Source: Lama glama
Taxonomy: Eukaryota
Assembly (NCBI GenBank): GCA_028534125.1
Contig: CM052816.1
Coordinates: 68,388,001-68,452,000, forward strand
Length of the DNA: 64,000 bases
Direction of reading: 5' to 3'
The notes beneath the pieces are model-generated. The model did not search any database, had not been told where the DNA came from, and saw only the letters and a program-made list of their open reading frames with translations. Below are positions 37,686 through 50,600 of this stretch, one piece after another. A program made the position numbers and the translations under genes. Position 1 is the stretch's first letter, and the number at the start of each line of letters is the position of its first letter.

Positions 37686-38515
37686 CCTTGTCTCTGCTAA
37701 CTGCACTATGCCTGCCATAGGCATCAGAAATGGAAGAGGAGAAGGAGGAGGAGAAAAACAGACAAAAATCTCTGCCCTCATGGAACATGCATCCTACTGA
37801 GGGAGAGAGAGGTAATAAACAAAGTAAATGAGAAAATCCAAAGGATGAGAAATAGTAAAATCTGTAGAGAAAAATAAAGCAGGGAAGAGGAAATCCATTG
37901 CCTGCAATTCTTTGAATAAGAATCAAAGAAGCTATTTTATTCCAAAATAGGATATAAAATATGAATTTGCCTGGAAGTAGTAAAATGTTAAAAATTACTT
38001 AATCAGAAGTATAATTTTGATTACACAAGTTATTGGGAAGTATGAACATTAGAAATTTTCCTAATTCTGATAGTCAAATGAAAGGGGGAAAAGAAGAAAA
38101 TGGGAGAGTGAGCAAACCAAGGCTGGATGTGGTCAGTACTGTGAGGGGAAGATTTTGAAAGAGAGGTTTCAGCTGCTGAGGGCAAATGTGGCAGATCTGA
38201 CAGTTTGTAGAGCTCAACTCAGCTTCCAATCACTCAGACCAAAAACAAATACAAGCTGAATGTAGCACTTCTAGGATTATGAGTTTGTACCATATGATTT
38301 ATGAAGCCTCTGATTTTCAACACAGGCTTTGTTTCAAAGAAACTATCTCAAGAGGCCCATTAATTACCAGAAGATAATGGTCTCCCCACCATATCCTAAA
38401 ACATCTTCATTTTCATTTTGACTTGAGAGAAACCAACCTTTGAGAGGATAGGGACCACTCCTTGGCCAACTGGATGGAGCCAGGCATCTAAATAAGATGT
38501 TTATGCTATACTTAC

Positions 38516-38732
38516 ACTTTTCATCAACAGCTGGAATCCTCATAGTGGCTACTGGAGACTTTCCAAGAGAATTATAAGAAGTCACAGATATCCAGTAGGC
38601 CTTGCCTTCCAGATACAGTTCAAGCTGCTGGTTAGTGGTGTTTATAGTCTCTGTGAGGTTAGTGCTGTTTTCTGGAAAGTACCATATGTTGTAGCCAAGT
38701 GTTTTTTCCAGGACAGGGGCTCCTTTTGCCTT
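38516..38732 (-). CDS. IL31RA: IL31RA FNIII exon (KAKGAPVLEKTLGYNIWYFPEN...SPVATMRIPAVDEK)
   Basis: attcag|AAGGCA acceptor, AAGT|gtaagt donor; 217 bp; phase 0 join to the upstream exon. Confidence 0.95.
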
Positions 38733-39660
38733 CTGAATACAAAGAAGACAAAATTTATTGCCAAAAATAAAGAAAGGCATTAAGATAGTGATGAATGGTG
38801 GGGATCAGGGGTGGGAGGTAATGTTAACTATTACGTGCTAAACTACAATCAGGTAATTACCTTTCTGGAATGAATAACATACCTTGTGCCACGAGATTAA
38901 CCCCTCAGGTGCCAGAAGAGGGGATTTCTAAAATGGTCCCTTGGTACCAACCCTTGTCATAAATCGAATTCCATGAAGCTAAACTAGGGTGATGCCCAAA
39001 CCAATGCAAGCAAGCCATCCCCCTTTTCCTTTTGACTGTATCTTTCCCCAAATGGGCAGAGGGGTATAAACTTAAACACTGAAGCATGACCTCTGAGACA
39101 ATCCCAAGTCTCTTCTAGCTCTGGGCTATTTCTTTCCTGGAAGCATCCAGGGGTTGAAGAGTATCTGGGCCCTTGCCTTTTATCTCCACAATTCCCCCCC
39201 ACCCCCCGCCCCGAGGAGGCAGCAAGTTTCCGTGGACCAGGCATTCCAGCTAAGAAGACTAAAACATTCAAGGCTGCCCCACCAGACCCAAATCCTTGGT
39301 GAGAAACGTAGGGTGACCCCAGGGGCTCTAAGCCAAACTCTTTTTCAGCCTTGAACCTAAGCCCACTAACCAGATGTTTTCCTAGAGATCAGCAGGCTGA
39401 GTATTTCCCAAGAATGATAAGGCTTTCCAGTTGTTGTCTTTCTGTTATTGATAACACACATCAGTGGAGTGGACTGACTGAACGTAAGGTCAGAGAGACT
39501 TTAGAAGTCATTTTGTCCCACTGCCTTCCCAGTTCAGGAATTTCCTTTAAAGCCTCCCATAACATAAAACCTAGAAGGAAGGTCAGGTAGAACCCTCCTC
39601 ATGACTGGAAGCCTTTTATCTCTCAAGACAACTTGTTCTCTTTTTTGAATAACAGCTTTA

Positions 39661-39897
39661 GACTCCCTTCTGAGTAAGATGGCCCACATTCTGCCTATGG
39701 AATGTGTATCTCCTAGGCCTTTTCTCTTGCCTTTTGAGATGGCCTGCACTCTGCCTATGGAGTGTGTATCTACTTTTACTTCAAACTAAACACCCACCCC
39801 CATACCTTATGGCCTCTCTGGCCTTCTGAGACAGACTGCACTCTTTGTCTATGAAGTGTGCATCTCCTTGAATAAATCTTTCATAAATAAATAAATA
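39661..39897 (+). mobile_element. LTR-like fragment with three imperfect repeats, polyA signal, (ATAA)n tail and TSD
   Basis: Repeat unit ~TCTGCCTATGGAGTGTGTATCT x3; AATAAA at 39871; flanks AATAACAGCTTTA / AATAAAAGCTTTA. Confidence 0.6.
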
Positions 39898-41261
39898 AAT
39901 AAAAGCTTTATTATAGACATAATTCACACACTGTAAAATTCACTTTTTTTCAAGTGTACAATTCAGTGGCTTTTAGTATATTCAAAGAGTTGTACAATAA
40001 TCACCACTATCTAGTTTTAGTTTATTCTTTTTTAAGCAACTCTAATTCTTAGAAAACTCCCCTACTGAAACAAAAGGAAGACCAGTCCCCAGGTGAGGGG
40101 GAGAAGGAGGAGGGCATTGAAGTCCATCTCACCTACTTCACAGGTTGGCATATTTGACCACAGGTCTGGCCACATATGGAGCTGGCCACGTGTGGTATTT
40201 GCCATTGTTTGTTTTCCTTCCTCAAAAATATATTGACAGAGCCATTGGTTTCCACCCTTGATAACTGAGAAAGAATCCACAGGATCTGGGTCTCAGAGAT
40301 TTCCCAACACCCCTGGCTGTGCTTGTCCTTGCCTGCTCCCTGCTGCCTATGAGGGTGTTCCTCAGCCCCGGGGTGCGAAGGGAGAGGAGAAAGGAAGAAG
40401 AATGCTCCAACCCCGAAGTAATTGGGATTGGGACGTTGTTTGAAAAAGTAGGGTGATTTCTCCATTTCCAGAAGGATTTTAAACTTGCCTGGACTTGGGC
40501 AAGAATGGGATAACATGGTGAGTATTTCCTGAGAATTTTGGAAACACATTAAAGAGTTTTGGCATCTCACTCACCTACCTCTCTCCTTCCCCTCAGCTTT
40601 CCCATCTTCCCTCTCCTATTGCCTGGCTGGGTTTTTTTCCCCTCTATTTGCCCTTTTCCTGTCCTGTTTATTCCCTCTTTCCCTCCTTTTCTTACCTTCT
40701 CCTGTCATCTGCTTCTCCTTCCTCCTCTTCTCTGTATTACCCGTCTGGCTTCTCCTTTGGTCCTCACTGCCAGGTCTCCATCCTACAAAGGACCATTTGG
40801 CCCCTGTTCTGTCCTTGCACCCCACTATCCCAGTACTTAAGGGGACACATGTAATATATGTTGGTGATGACCTGAGGACACACTAGGAAGCTGGCCCCAA
40901 GTCAGTGCTCTCCTCCAATGTGGGGGTGAGGGCTATAGAAGTTCACATTGCCTTCTACTGGAGGCCAGTCAGTGATTTCTTCTCCAGAAGATCAAGGTGC
41001 TTCCTGCACTTGCACTCTGTACCCATCCCTACTATTAATGTTTCAGACCAAAGAACCAGGGTCTGTAATGCACATTCAGGCCATCTACACAATGACATAT
41101 AGGATTTTAATGAGCTGGGAAACCATTCTGAGATCTGGGACAGAATAAAGCCTCTAGGGAATGAAATTAAGTTAAAATTTCAATTATCACAGTTCTTGGA
41201 GGTGTAAGAAACTAAGGTTTTTACACAGAAAGAGTAAATAAACAACCTAGAGGGAGATCAC

Positions 41262-41341
41262 CTTCCACAACAACTTCACTGGCCTTCTTCCATCCACCCT
41301 GGCTGGTCTCAGGACTCGCCACAGATCCAGGCCATGTGGAG
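41262..41341 (-). CDS. IL31RA: IL31RA exon ((A)PHGLDLWRVLRPARVDGRRPVKLLWK)
   Basis: cttgcag|CTCCAC acceptor, AAG|gtgatc donor; 80 bp; read manually (not in the ORF track). Confidence 0.95.
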
Positions 41342-44300
41342 CTGCAAGAAACAAGAAGGAGGTGCTCAACTCAGAAGGGAGTTGCAGCAGGAGATGGTGA
41401 AATTAGGTGGGCTGCCTATTTAGAAAATGCAGTTGGGAAGAATTTGCTTGAGGGAGGAATAAGTGGAGAGTAGAGGGCTGGCAACATTGCAATGACCAAT
41501 GATGTCTTCATTTTGTGGCTGAAGGACTGGAATCAAACAAAGGTCAAAAATAAAACTGCTCTTGGATCTGATGATTTAATGTAAGGTAAAATAAAATAAC
41601 AATAGACTCCTTTGCAATATAATTTATCATTCAAATCTGGATTGGAATGTGATACCTTGTATCCTGTAAGATATAACACCCAACAGACATTAAAGCTGGG
41701 AAAGACACAGATAACTGATAAGGAGATTTATATATAATTTATGCCATATCAACTCCCCAAAAGCATGACACTACATACTTACAAGTTTATAAAATATCAG
41801 AAAGAATTACAGAAGAAAGAAGCAGAAAAATAATGTTTATTAAAAATCCCTCCCTGAGCTCTAAATTTAATGATGATCTTCCTGGCAGGATAAGTAAACA
41901 AGAATCAAACTGGTTGCATATTTCTCATGGCCTGATAAAAAGGAAACATAGTGATCCGTGTGAAGAGGCAAGTATTTTCTGGCTACGGGCACTGAATTCA
42001 TAAATGGAATTTATCGTGTGGGTCCTCTCAAAAAAGATGAAGGCTGACACCTGCAATCAGAAATATGGCACGTGTATACCTCTCATGGTTGTCTTCTATA
42101 AAATGCAAGGGTACAGCATTAAACTTGATTTATGCATCTCTCTAGTGAACAACGTAACTGAAGACAACATAGTTCATGTGTTAGCATCTGATGATCTAAC
42201 CATCCAGAGATAAAACTTACAAAAACAAGAAGAATTATATTACACTTGATCTCTAGACTGTATCTCTCAAATATCATGTCTCAAGGAGTTCTGACAAAAG
42301 GTTGCTCACTGGCAATTTATAGTTAAATCCTCTGATGTGGATCTGAAACTTCAAAATGTTCATCTTCTGATTAAACAATGATATACACACTTCAGTCATG
42401 AGAAGAAAGCAGAGAGTTCTAAAAAACTGTGTCCAAGGCTGGTGGCTTATAATTTGGAGAACTGAAATGTTTCTGACTGACACTACAGTTGACACTACTC
42501 TGAATCTCTTCTTGAGGAAATCAGATGGTTGAAATAATGTAATTTAGTCTGCACCACTCAGGCCAAGATCTAAACTATTTTAGTGCTGAGAGATTCTTTT
42601 CAGAGATCTCTTTAACTTTAAGTGATTGAGTGTTTTAAAGTGAAATTACACACTAAACTCTAATGACAACTTCATAATGTAGAAATGTGCTAAAGGGCAA
42701 TTAGGGCAATAACCTATCTTGTCATCAATGGAGAATCACACTTCTACAGCTACTCTTGTAGCAGCCCAAGTGTGGGTAACACAGTCTAACTGTTAGGTTC
42801 TGAGTCTCCCAGTGAGATCTATTATAATTCAATATAAGTTGCATAGAAGGAAATCTGAATTATTTAGACTTTACATATGGCTCAGTCTGCATTCCATTGA
42901 GATGTTGTCTTACAAGTTCTGTCAGCAGTTTTCTGATTTCCCAAAGGTCTTTGCTGAATTGAAGACAGGAGAGCCAGGACTCAGCTTTCTCAGACAGAGA
43001 GCAACAGGCTGGTTTCGGCCACAACTAAAAGCCAAGGAGATGTGAGCAGAGACAGAGCCTCCCAGAAGAGAGCCTCAGCACAAGGCCGCAAAGACCCTAG
43101 ACCTTCAGATGTGACCCACAGAATAGGAAAGCCTCTCACTCCGTCTCTTGCTTGCAGAGTCTCTCTGTTCCACTTGTGTGGAAGTCACACTCAGGGTAAT
43201 AATACTGAGAGTAAAAGAAAAAATATAAAGGCAAAGTGTTCCTTATAATCCAGTTCCAAATATTCATCTGAAGTACAGACAGAAGCAAAAATAAACTGGT
43301 TATTAAGTAATGAATCATGCCAGTCACTTGATTAGAAATGAGTAAAATTCTCCTTAGATTTATCCTATAGGCAGCCACTCCGTTCTAGTAGATGGTGATA
43401 ATGAACGAATTTAATTGGGAGTTTTCCTTTCACTGAGGGCACAACTTCCTGCAAATGTGGTCCAAAGAAAAACAGTCTTCTCAATGTAAACTTCCCACAG
43501 ATGCAGGTTTTAGTACAACCATTGTCTGACCAGCATGTAAATCTACAATTATTACAACCAAGGTTCCACTGACCATGAGTTAATAATGGATTTGCAGTTT
43601 AATCAAAGAGGGAAAAGCAATAATCCTGTATTTGTGAAGAACAATATTGAGTTTTTCCAAATCTGCCAAAATATCTACTTATTCAAAGGCATTGATTATT
43701 TGGACAGATATAGTAACAATTTGCTGCTATGCTGTTTCTATTACAATCTGGAAATAAACCACAACCACCACCAATCAACACCTCAGACACCTCCTGCTAC
43801 CCCTGCTGAAGACCAACTCAAAGAATTGCTAACTTTTAGCAAGTGTCACTGTACTGAGCATTTTACCTGAATTATCTCATTTAACCTCCAGAGCCCTACA
43901 ATTAGGTCCACCAATACCATTATCTCCATTTCTGAGGCACAAAAAAGTGAAATAACTGCCCAATGTCATAAACTTTAAAGTAATAAACCCAGGATTTGAA
44001 TATAATTATATCTGCTTCATGTAGTAGGTATTTATATGCTTAATCATGGGTAAATAAACCTAATAATCAATATGCTGAAATCCAAAAGCAAATAGGTAGT
44101 GTTCCACATTCAACTTAGAATAGAAATCTTCAAACAATTAGAAAAGGTTTGAGGTGGTGTGTATTAAACAAATGGCATTTTAAATAGGGAGACAAATAGT
44201 TAATGAATTAAAAAAGGAGAAATTAGGATTTGCTGGGGGTGGGGGGTATATTTTCATCAGTTTCTTCTTAGATTCTGAAAAAATTAAGGAAAACAAAAGC

Positions 44301-45624
44301 AAAATTCTCTAGTGGTGACTTTGATAAAAGCTTATTTGATTTAATTAGTAAAAGGCACAGAGAACACCAGCTTCCAGTGTTTTGCTAATCAATCTTAGCC
44401 AAGCTAGCTGACATAATAAATCTACTGAAAGGATAAATCAATTCTGGCAGCAAAACAATTGGATGAAACTGTCATTAGGGAGTTGCTGGATTGTGATGAG
44501 CTAACTTGACACTGAGCCATCAGGACACCAGCAGGTCACTGGAAAGAAGAGTCAGCTACAGGTAGAAGACCTGTATACAAAACAAGATCAGACCCGGGCT
44601 AGAACTCAGTCTCCCAGGTTGCCTGCTGAAAGGTGTGGCAAAGGGAGAGGACAATTTGTACAATGATAATGCATGCATCCGTCCTAATATTTTAAAAGGG
44701 AGGGCTCACCTGAGACACAGGGCAGCAATAACTGAGCACTCCAAAAAATTATAACCATCATGCCATTTTTATGTGCTGTTCGATATTTGTAAACTGTTAT
44801 ATTTGTTTTGGGACTGGAAAACTTTGAGATGATACCCATAGAATATAAATGTGTTCCTACATGCTGTCTATAATTTTAATCAAAAGTTTCATTAGATCCA
44901 CACCTTGACTAGTTTTGTTTTAACCATGCATGTATTTTTATTTATTTAAAATTTCTATACCCATTACCATTTGTAAGGCACTATTCTAAGAACTTAAACA
45001 CATAATGATTAGGGATTTTTTTTAAACTTCTTCCTGTACTGCTACAGCCTGGCATGGAAGCCTGGATGCCTGAATGGCACAGAAGAATGGAATCTTAGGG
45101 TGAGAAGGGCCTTCAGAAGCCATCTAGCCCAATTCCCCATATGTGGCAATGAATCCCTGTTGTGTAACTACATCTACCAACAGTCCAGACTAAGCATGAG
45201 CATCTCCAATAGGAGATACACAATTCAGAAAGCACCAGATTATTTCCAGATATCTGACCATATGGGAGAACATGCCAAACATCTGTTAATACCAACTTGG
45301 GTCTCAGGGGCAACTCAACCAGGATCCAGAGGAATAAAATTATATTATATGGACCAGGGAGCATAGAAGCTGATCCCACATGTTACCCGAGACCAGTGTG
45401 GCACTTAGTTGTAAGACTGACTAAGAAGGGCCTGAAATCATGCCAGAGGTTGAGGAGGGGCAGGGGCACAGATTCATAGTCTAAAACTTACACGTCCTAC
45501 AGACAAAGTTGAAGCCTCAGAAGGTTAGAAGGATCAGCATTTTCATGTTTCTTTTCCATATTTCAGAAGATATATGGCCTTCAACAAGTATTCATTTAAT
45601 TAGTCATTCATTCATTCGTTTATT

Positions 45625-46113
45625 GTATTAGGCTGAAAAATAGACCTCAAAGATATAAGTCCAAATCTCTAAAACCTGTAAGTGTTACTTTATATGGTCA
45701 AAGGGATTTTGTAGCTGTGATTAGGTGAAGATCTTGAGATGGGGAGATTATCCTGGTGGACCCTAAATATTATCACACAGGTCATTATAAGAGGGAAGCA
45801 GACAGATTTGACACAGCAAAGGAGAAGGAGGTAATGTGATAACACAAGCAGAGATTGGAGTAGTAAGTTTTGTACATAGGAAGGGGCCACAAACCAAGGA
45901 ATACAGGCAGCCACTAGAAGCTGGGAGAGGCAAGAAAATATATTCTCCCCTCAGAGTCTCCAAAAGGAGACAACCCTGCCAACACTTTGACTTTAGTTCA
46001 GTGAAACTGACTTTGGACTTCTTACTTCCAGACTATAAGAGGAAAAAAAGAGTGTGCTGCTTTTAGCTACTAAGTTTGTGGCAATTTGTTACAGTGACCA
46101 AAGGAAACTAATA
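45625..46113 (+). mobile_element. MaLR LTR (MLT1-like), near full length
   Basis: ACCTGTAAGTGTTACTTTATATGG...CCACTAGAAGCTGG...TTTGTTACAGTGACCAAAGGAAACTAATA. Confidence 0.82.
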
Positions 46114-46639
46114 TATTCATCAAATTTATTGACCATACTGTGGATCAGGGACTGGGCAAGGCTCTTGATTTACAGAGAAGACTAACATGCTGAGTGACCC
46201 TGAGCAACTGGGAGCTGGTAAACTCAGCTCCCTCACCTGCAAATGGGGGTGATTCTACATAATTTATGGGGCTTTTAGGCATAATACTAATAGGAAATCT
46301 GGAATCTATCAAATGTTTACTATGGGCTAAACATATCATTTCATTTGATCTTTAAAATAATATTAAAAAGTAAGTACTACTATTAACTCAATTTTACAAA
46401 TTATATTCTGTTATGGAAATGGAAAATAAATAGTGAGGAGACTGAGGCTTAGAGATGAGGTATCTTGCCCCAAATCACTCCAGAGCCAGGCTGGGATTTA
46501 TACCAAGCCCACAGACTCAAAGCACTGTTCTTAGTTACTATACCTGACTCAGGGCAAGCACTCAACCAATGTGCAATCCCTTTCTCACTCCTTCTCTCAG
46601 TATCATTAAAGATGTGACTTTTTTCCTTCTTTGTTATAC

Positions 46640-47149
46640 TGCCAACTAAAAATTGGCACTTGCCATCTGCCTCTACAAGGACTGAATCACGTTGGTACTT
46701 GCCATCTACCTCTGCTTGGATTAAATCATAATCCACTGCAGCCACTGACCTCCAACACACCCTGAAAGGAGTTCAGGATGGAGGTCAGGAAGGAGGTACT
46801 CTGTGTTCTGGGAAAACTGGCAGAACAGGCCTTCAGACAGTTAGATATTTTCAGGAGAAGACTTTATGAGCCCAAATTCTTGCATCTCCTCATGTTTAGA
46901 AAAGCACTAAAATCATTAATGGGGACATCTGTTCTGGTGACTAGCAGCAAGCCTCTGCCTAAATGTGTGCTTGACTGCACGTATCCCCCTTCACTGAGAT
47001 CACATATAATACTGATGTTCCCCTCTACCTCTTCAGAGCAGTTCCTCAGAGCTATCTGAGATGCTGTCTCCTGGGCTATAATCCTCATTTTGACCCAAAT
47101 GAGAGTTTGACCCAAACTCTCATGTTGTGTGACTTTATTTCAGTAGACA
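46640..47149 (+). mobile_element. ERV1-class solo LTR in an IL31RA intron (antisense to the gene)
   Basis: TG...GTAGACA termini; internal ~38-bp tandem duplication near the 5' end; related to 21516-21966. Confidence 0.78.
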
Positions 47150-47512
47150 ACATCTTTACTTTTTATTTTTAGTAGTAGCTGCAAGGTTTACAATATATAT
47201 GTTTACTTTATCATAGGATACCTTTAAATCATATTATACCATTTCATAGATACTATAAGAACTTTATATGAGGATTAAAGATGTGATCTTTTGCCTTGAG
47301 GGCAAAAAGCCACTAACATAACTCACGCCGTCAGAGAAGGGCCAGCTCATCCTGTGGGCTCAGGTGGGCACAGTGGCCCCATAGAAGGGGCCACACCGGA
47401 CTGTGGGATCCCACAGTTCCCAAGTACAGCATGTGGCAAAACCCACAAAGGCTCAGCTTAGGCCGTCCTAAACCAGAGTAAACAGCAAAGGAATTACGAG
47501 GGACCAACTTGC

Positions 47513-47678
47513 CTTCTTCCTCAGTTATTCCCCTTTTTCCTTCGCTCCAGTCACTCCACAGCCTTGACTCCTCAGTCACACAGCGCAGCTCTACGGCATA
47601 CTCGGTAAAAGCCTGCAGCCCTGTGAGGTTGTATGCTGCTTCTTTACCCACTTCTCTTTCAGTGAAGTTGACTTCCAC
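47513..47678 (-). CDS. IL31RA: IL31RA WSxWS exon (VEVNFTEREVGKEAAYNLTGLQAFTEY...LWSDWSEGKRGITEEE)
   Basis: ttttag|GTGGAA acceptor; 166 bp; WSDWS motif; donor is GAAG|gcaagt (GC-AG intron), phase 1 matching the next exon. Confidence 0.95.
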
Positions 47679-49939
47679 CTAAAAGACAGAGACAACCCTG
47701 AAGCCAGATGGGAGACCACGTTATCTTTCCATTTTTCTTCTCTACTCCCCAACCCTGTCTTACCCTTTCAGAACTAGTAGTGTTGTCGCTCAATTTTTAA
47801 AATATATAATTTTCATAAATAAACTTTACACACACCTGGGGACCATTAGCACCTAAACAGAGTTCAGTCACTCGGAACCACCACCCCTCCCCATTTCCCA
47901 CTTCTAAGCCTGTGAAGCAGAGATTCCTGCTTCTGGGCTGGATGTGAGTGAGCAGAGTCTTGCTGTTCTAAAAGATGCAAGGTGGAGTCCTGGGATCCAG
48001 GGCAATGTGGGCCTCAGTTTAAACTCTGGAGGAAACAACAATGCCTAGAAACAAGGTCTCAAGGAACAGTAGGTAACAGAGACCTTCACGGAATTAAGTT
48101 CCTCCTCATGTCATGGAGAAAACCCGTGGACAAAACAAAGCTAAGTTATCGTGGATTACCTCAGCATCTGTAATGGGCAGAACTAGGATCAGAGCACAGA
48201 TCGCCCCACCCTTAGACTCTTTCCCTCTATCTAAGTCTTCCATTCCAAATTATTGGTCTGCAGGTAACCAGTCAAGATGCTAAAGATCTCAGCAACCTGG
48301 ATGTATAAGTTCATTTTGACACTCTCGCCCTGGGGTGGGGAGTGGGGAGAGATAAATAAATCACTTCTCCTTTCTAGACCTCAGTTTCCTCATTAGTAAA
48401 ATTAGTATGTTGCTTTATAGAATCCCTAAAGTCCCTTATGGACTCAACTCTGCAAAAGAAACTAAAAACTCAGTTATGTATTTCTGAGTATGGTCATTGT
48501 TGCTGCAACATAAACTTTTAGCTGTTGCTTTATATACATTTATACTGAGTTGATTAATAAAAATAAACTGCATGTCCATTTTGTGAGTATGCACAATATT
48601 TCCTTAGAAGAGAAGGAAGTTCTATTATTTCTTATGCATATATAACAGCTGTGAAAATAGGTCCTGGGCCTAAAGGAAATTTGGCAAAATGAGGATGTGC
48701 ATATGTGGCCAAAAGCTGAGAATCCCAGCTACAGATGGACAGTTCTGAACACCCAGCCTAGTGAGATGGTGTCAGAGCAAGGAAGTAGCATCCAGAGGTG
48801 GAGAGCAGTTCCGCTGCTGAATCCTGGGTTCCCTGAGAACCCGACTTCGACAGCCCCTGGAGATGATGCACTGGTAGAATAGGGTTGTTGGGACTATAAC
48901 TTGGGACAATCCATCATCTCTGGGAAACTAGCCTCCCCAATTTACCTTATGGGTAAAACCAGTTGAAGCCAGATTAAGACCTTTAGTAGAAGTCCAGCCA
49001 CTTGGTGCCCTCCATACATAAATCAAAATAAAAACAATATTAATTCATAAAATGTGTGAAGATGTCTAAAAGTTCTATTCTACTTTTCATGCTTTAAAAA
49101 ATATATAATAATTTGTAAAAAAAAAAATCTTTCAAATGTTTCCTCCTGCTTTGCTAGTGCTGTCAGCACACTCTTGGCCTACTTGCTGGGTCTCCTCACA
49201 TTTAGGTTCAGGATCTGCTGTCTAATGTTCCTGTGCAAGCCTGTTCTTCTCAGCCCTAGCCCCAATGGGGAAAAGAAGCTCTTGTCTTCCAAACAGACTG
49301 CCTCTAAGGTTCTTTCAAAGTGGCTTTTTGTCTAGACTATGTGACTTTGGCCCTCACAGGGTCCAGGATCAATTGATCCTCCATATACAGGCTTAAACCT
49401 AAAACTTCCCCAACTCAACGCAAGAAATAGTCTCAGACCAAAACACTAATTAACTTTATCAGGTTTGTTTCTAATAATCTATACTTGTGCCAAATCCTAG
49501 CTTATTCAAAGTGTTTGTATCTTAAGAGATGAGTCAGAAATTTTGGAGCAGAGCCTGAATCAAACCCTTAAAACAGTCTTGAGAGCCTTTTGTAGAGTGT
49601 TCACATGGTTCCATTTTATAAAGGTGGAAATTCTTGACACTAGGGCCACAGGAAGGCGGTTTGCAGGCTAAAGTATGGTCAAATGAATGACTGAACTTGG
49701 AGTCAGAAAACCTGGGCTCAAGTCTGCAACTTACAAACCTTGAGATCTTGGACAGGTGATTTAAGCTCTCTACATTGCAGTTTACTAATCTGTAATAATA
49801 AAAATAGTGATGCCTCATTTATAGGATATTTGCAAGGATTAAAAAAGCACTTTGTAAACCTTATAGCAATATACAAACACAAATCTTGCTATATGGACAT
49901 ACTGGGGATTTCAGAATTAGTTTTTATATGGTTTAGTTT

Positions 49940-50600
49940 AATCAAACATTTACTAAGCACATGTGCCAGGCAATGGGAAGACAGATGAAAATCAAGGTCT
50001 CTGTGTTTGAGAAACTTATAGTCTAATGCTGGGGAAGATGACTTGAAATGACTGTTACATGCAATGACAGAGGAGGAGCACCTAGCTCAGACTCTCAAAA
50101 GGAAATGTGTCAGACCCGAATTCTGAGAGATGAATAGATTCACAGCAAGAGTAGAGGTACAAAGCAGAGAGTGTTCTAAGCAGAAGTACAAACAAGTGAA
50201 ATGACATGACACAAGGGAACCTAGCAATTCAGGATTACTAGAGAAGCCAGGGCAAGATGTAAGATGAGGTTGGAGAGGTCAATAGGGGCTGGGTTTTAGA
50301 GGGTTAAGCATTTGGGCCTTTTTCCACTGATAATGGGATGGGAACCATTCACAGAAGGTTGGGTTAGTTTAGTTGGGTTTAAAACTGAGTAGACTTGGTC
50401 GTGTTTGAAAGCTGAAAGGAGAGAGATACAGGCTGCACATTCCATTTTCCTCCCTTTGCACTTTCTCGAGGAGAGAAAGAAGAAGGTTATATTCACTTCA
50501 AGGGATTGGAAGGAAGGAGGCAAAGATGAGGGCAGATGTAGGTGAATTTACCAAAGAGGCAGGTGACAGAATGCTAGAGTTGGGGTAGTTTGCATATGCT
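49940..50600 (+). mobile_element. L2 LINE relic
   Basis: AAACATTTACTAAGCACATGTGCCAGGC...CTTATAGTCTA...GATGAGGTTGGAGAGG pattern. Orientation and ends approximate. Confidence 0.5.

Noticed and set aside
37116..37926. Long ORFs spanning the second N run
   Set aside because: Artifacts of the gap.
13288..39145. Scattered STAT GAS motifs (TTCCAGGAA/TTCTGGGAA) as a feedback circuit
   Set aside because: Isolated 9-mers with no clustering; not distinguishable from chance without ChIP or conservation data.
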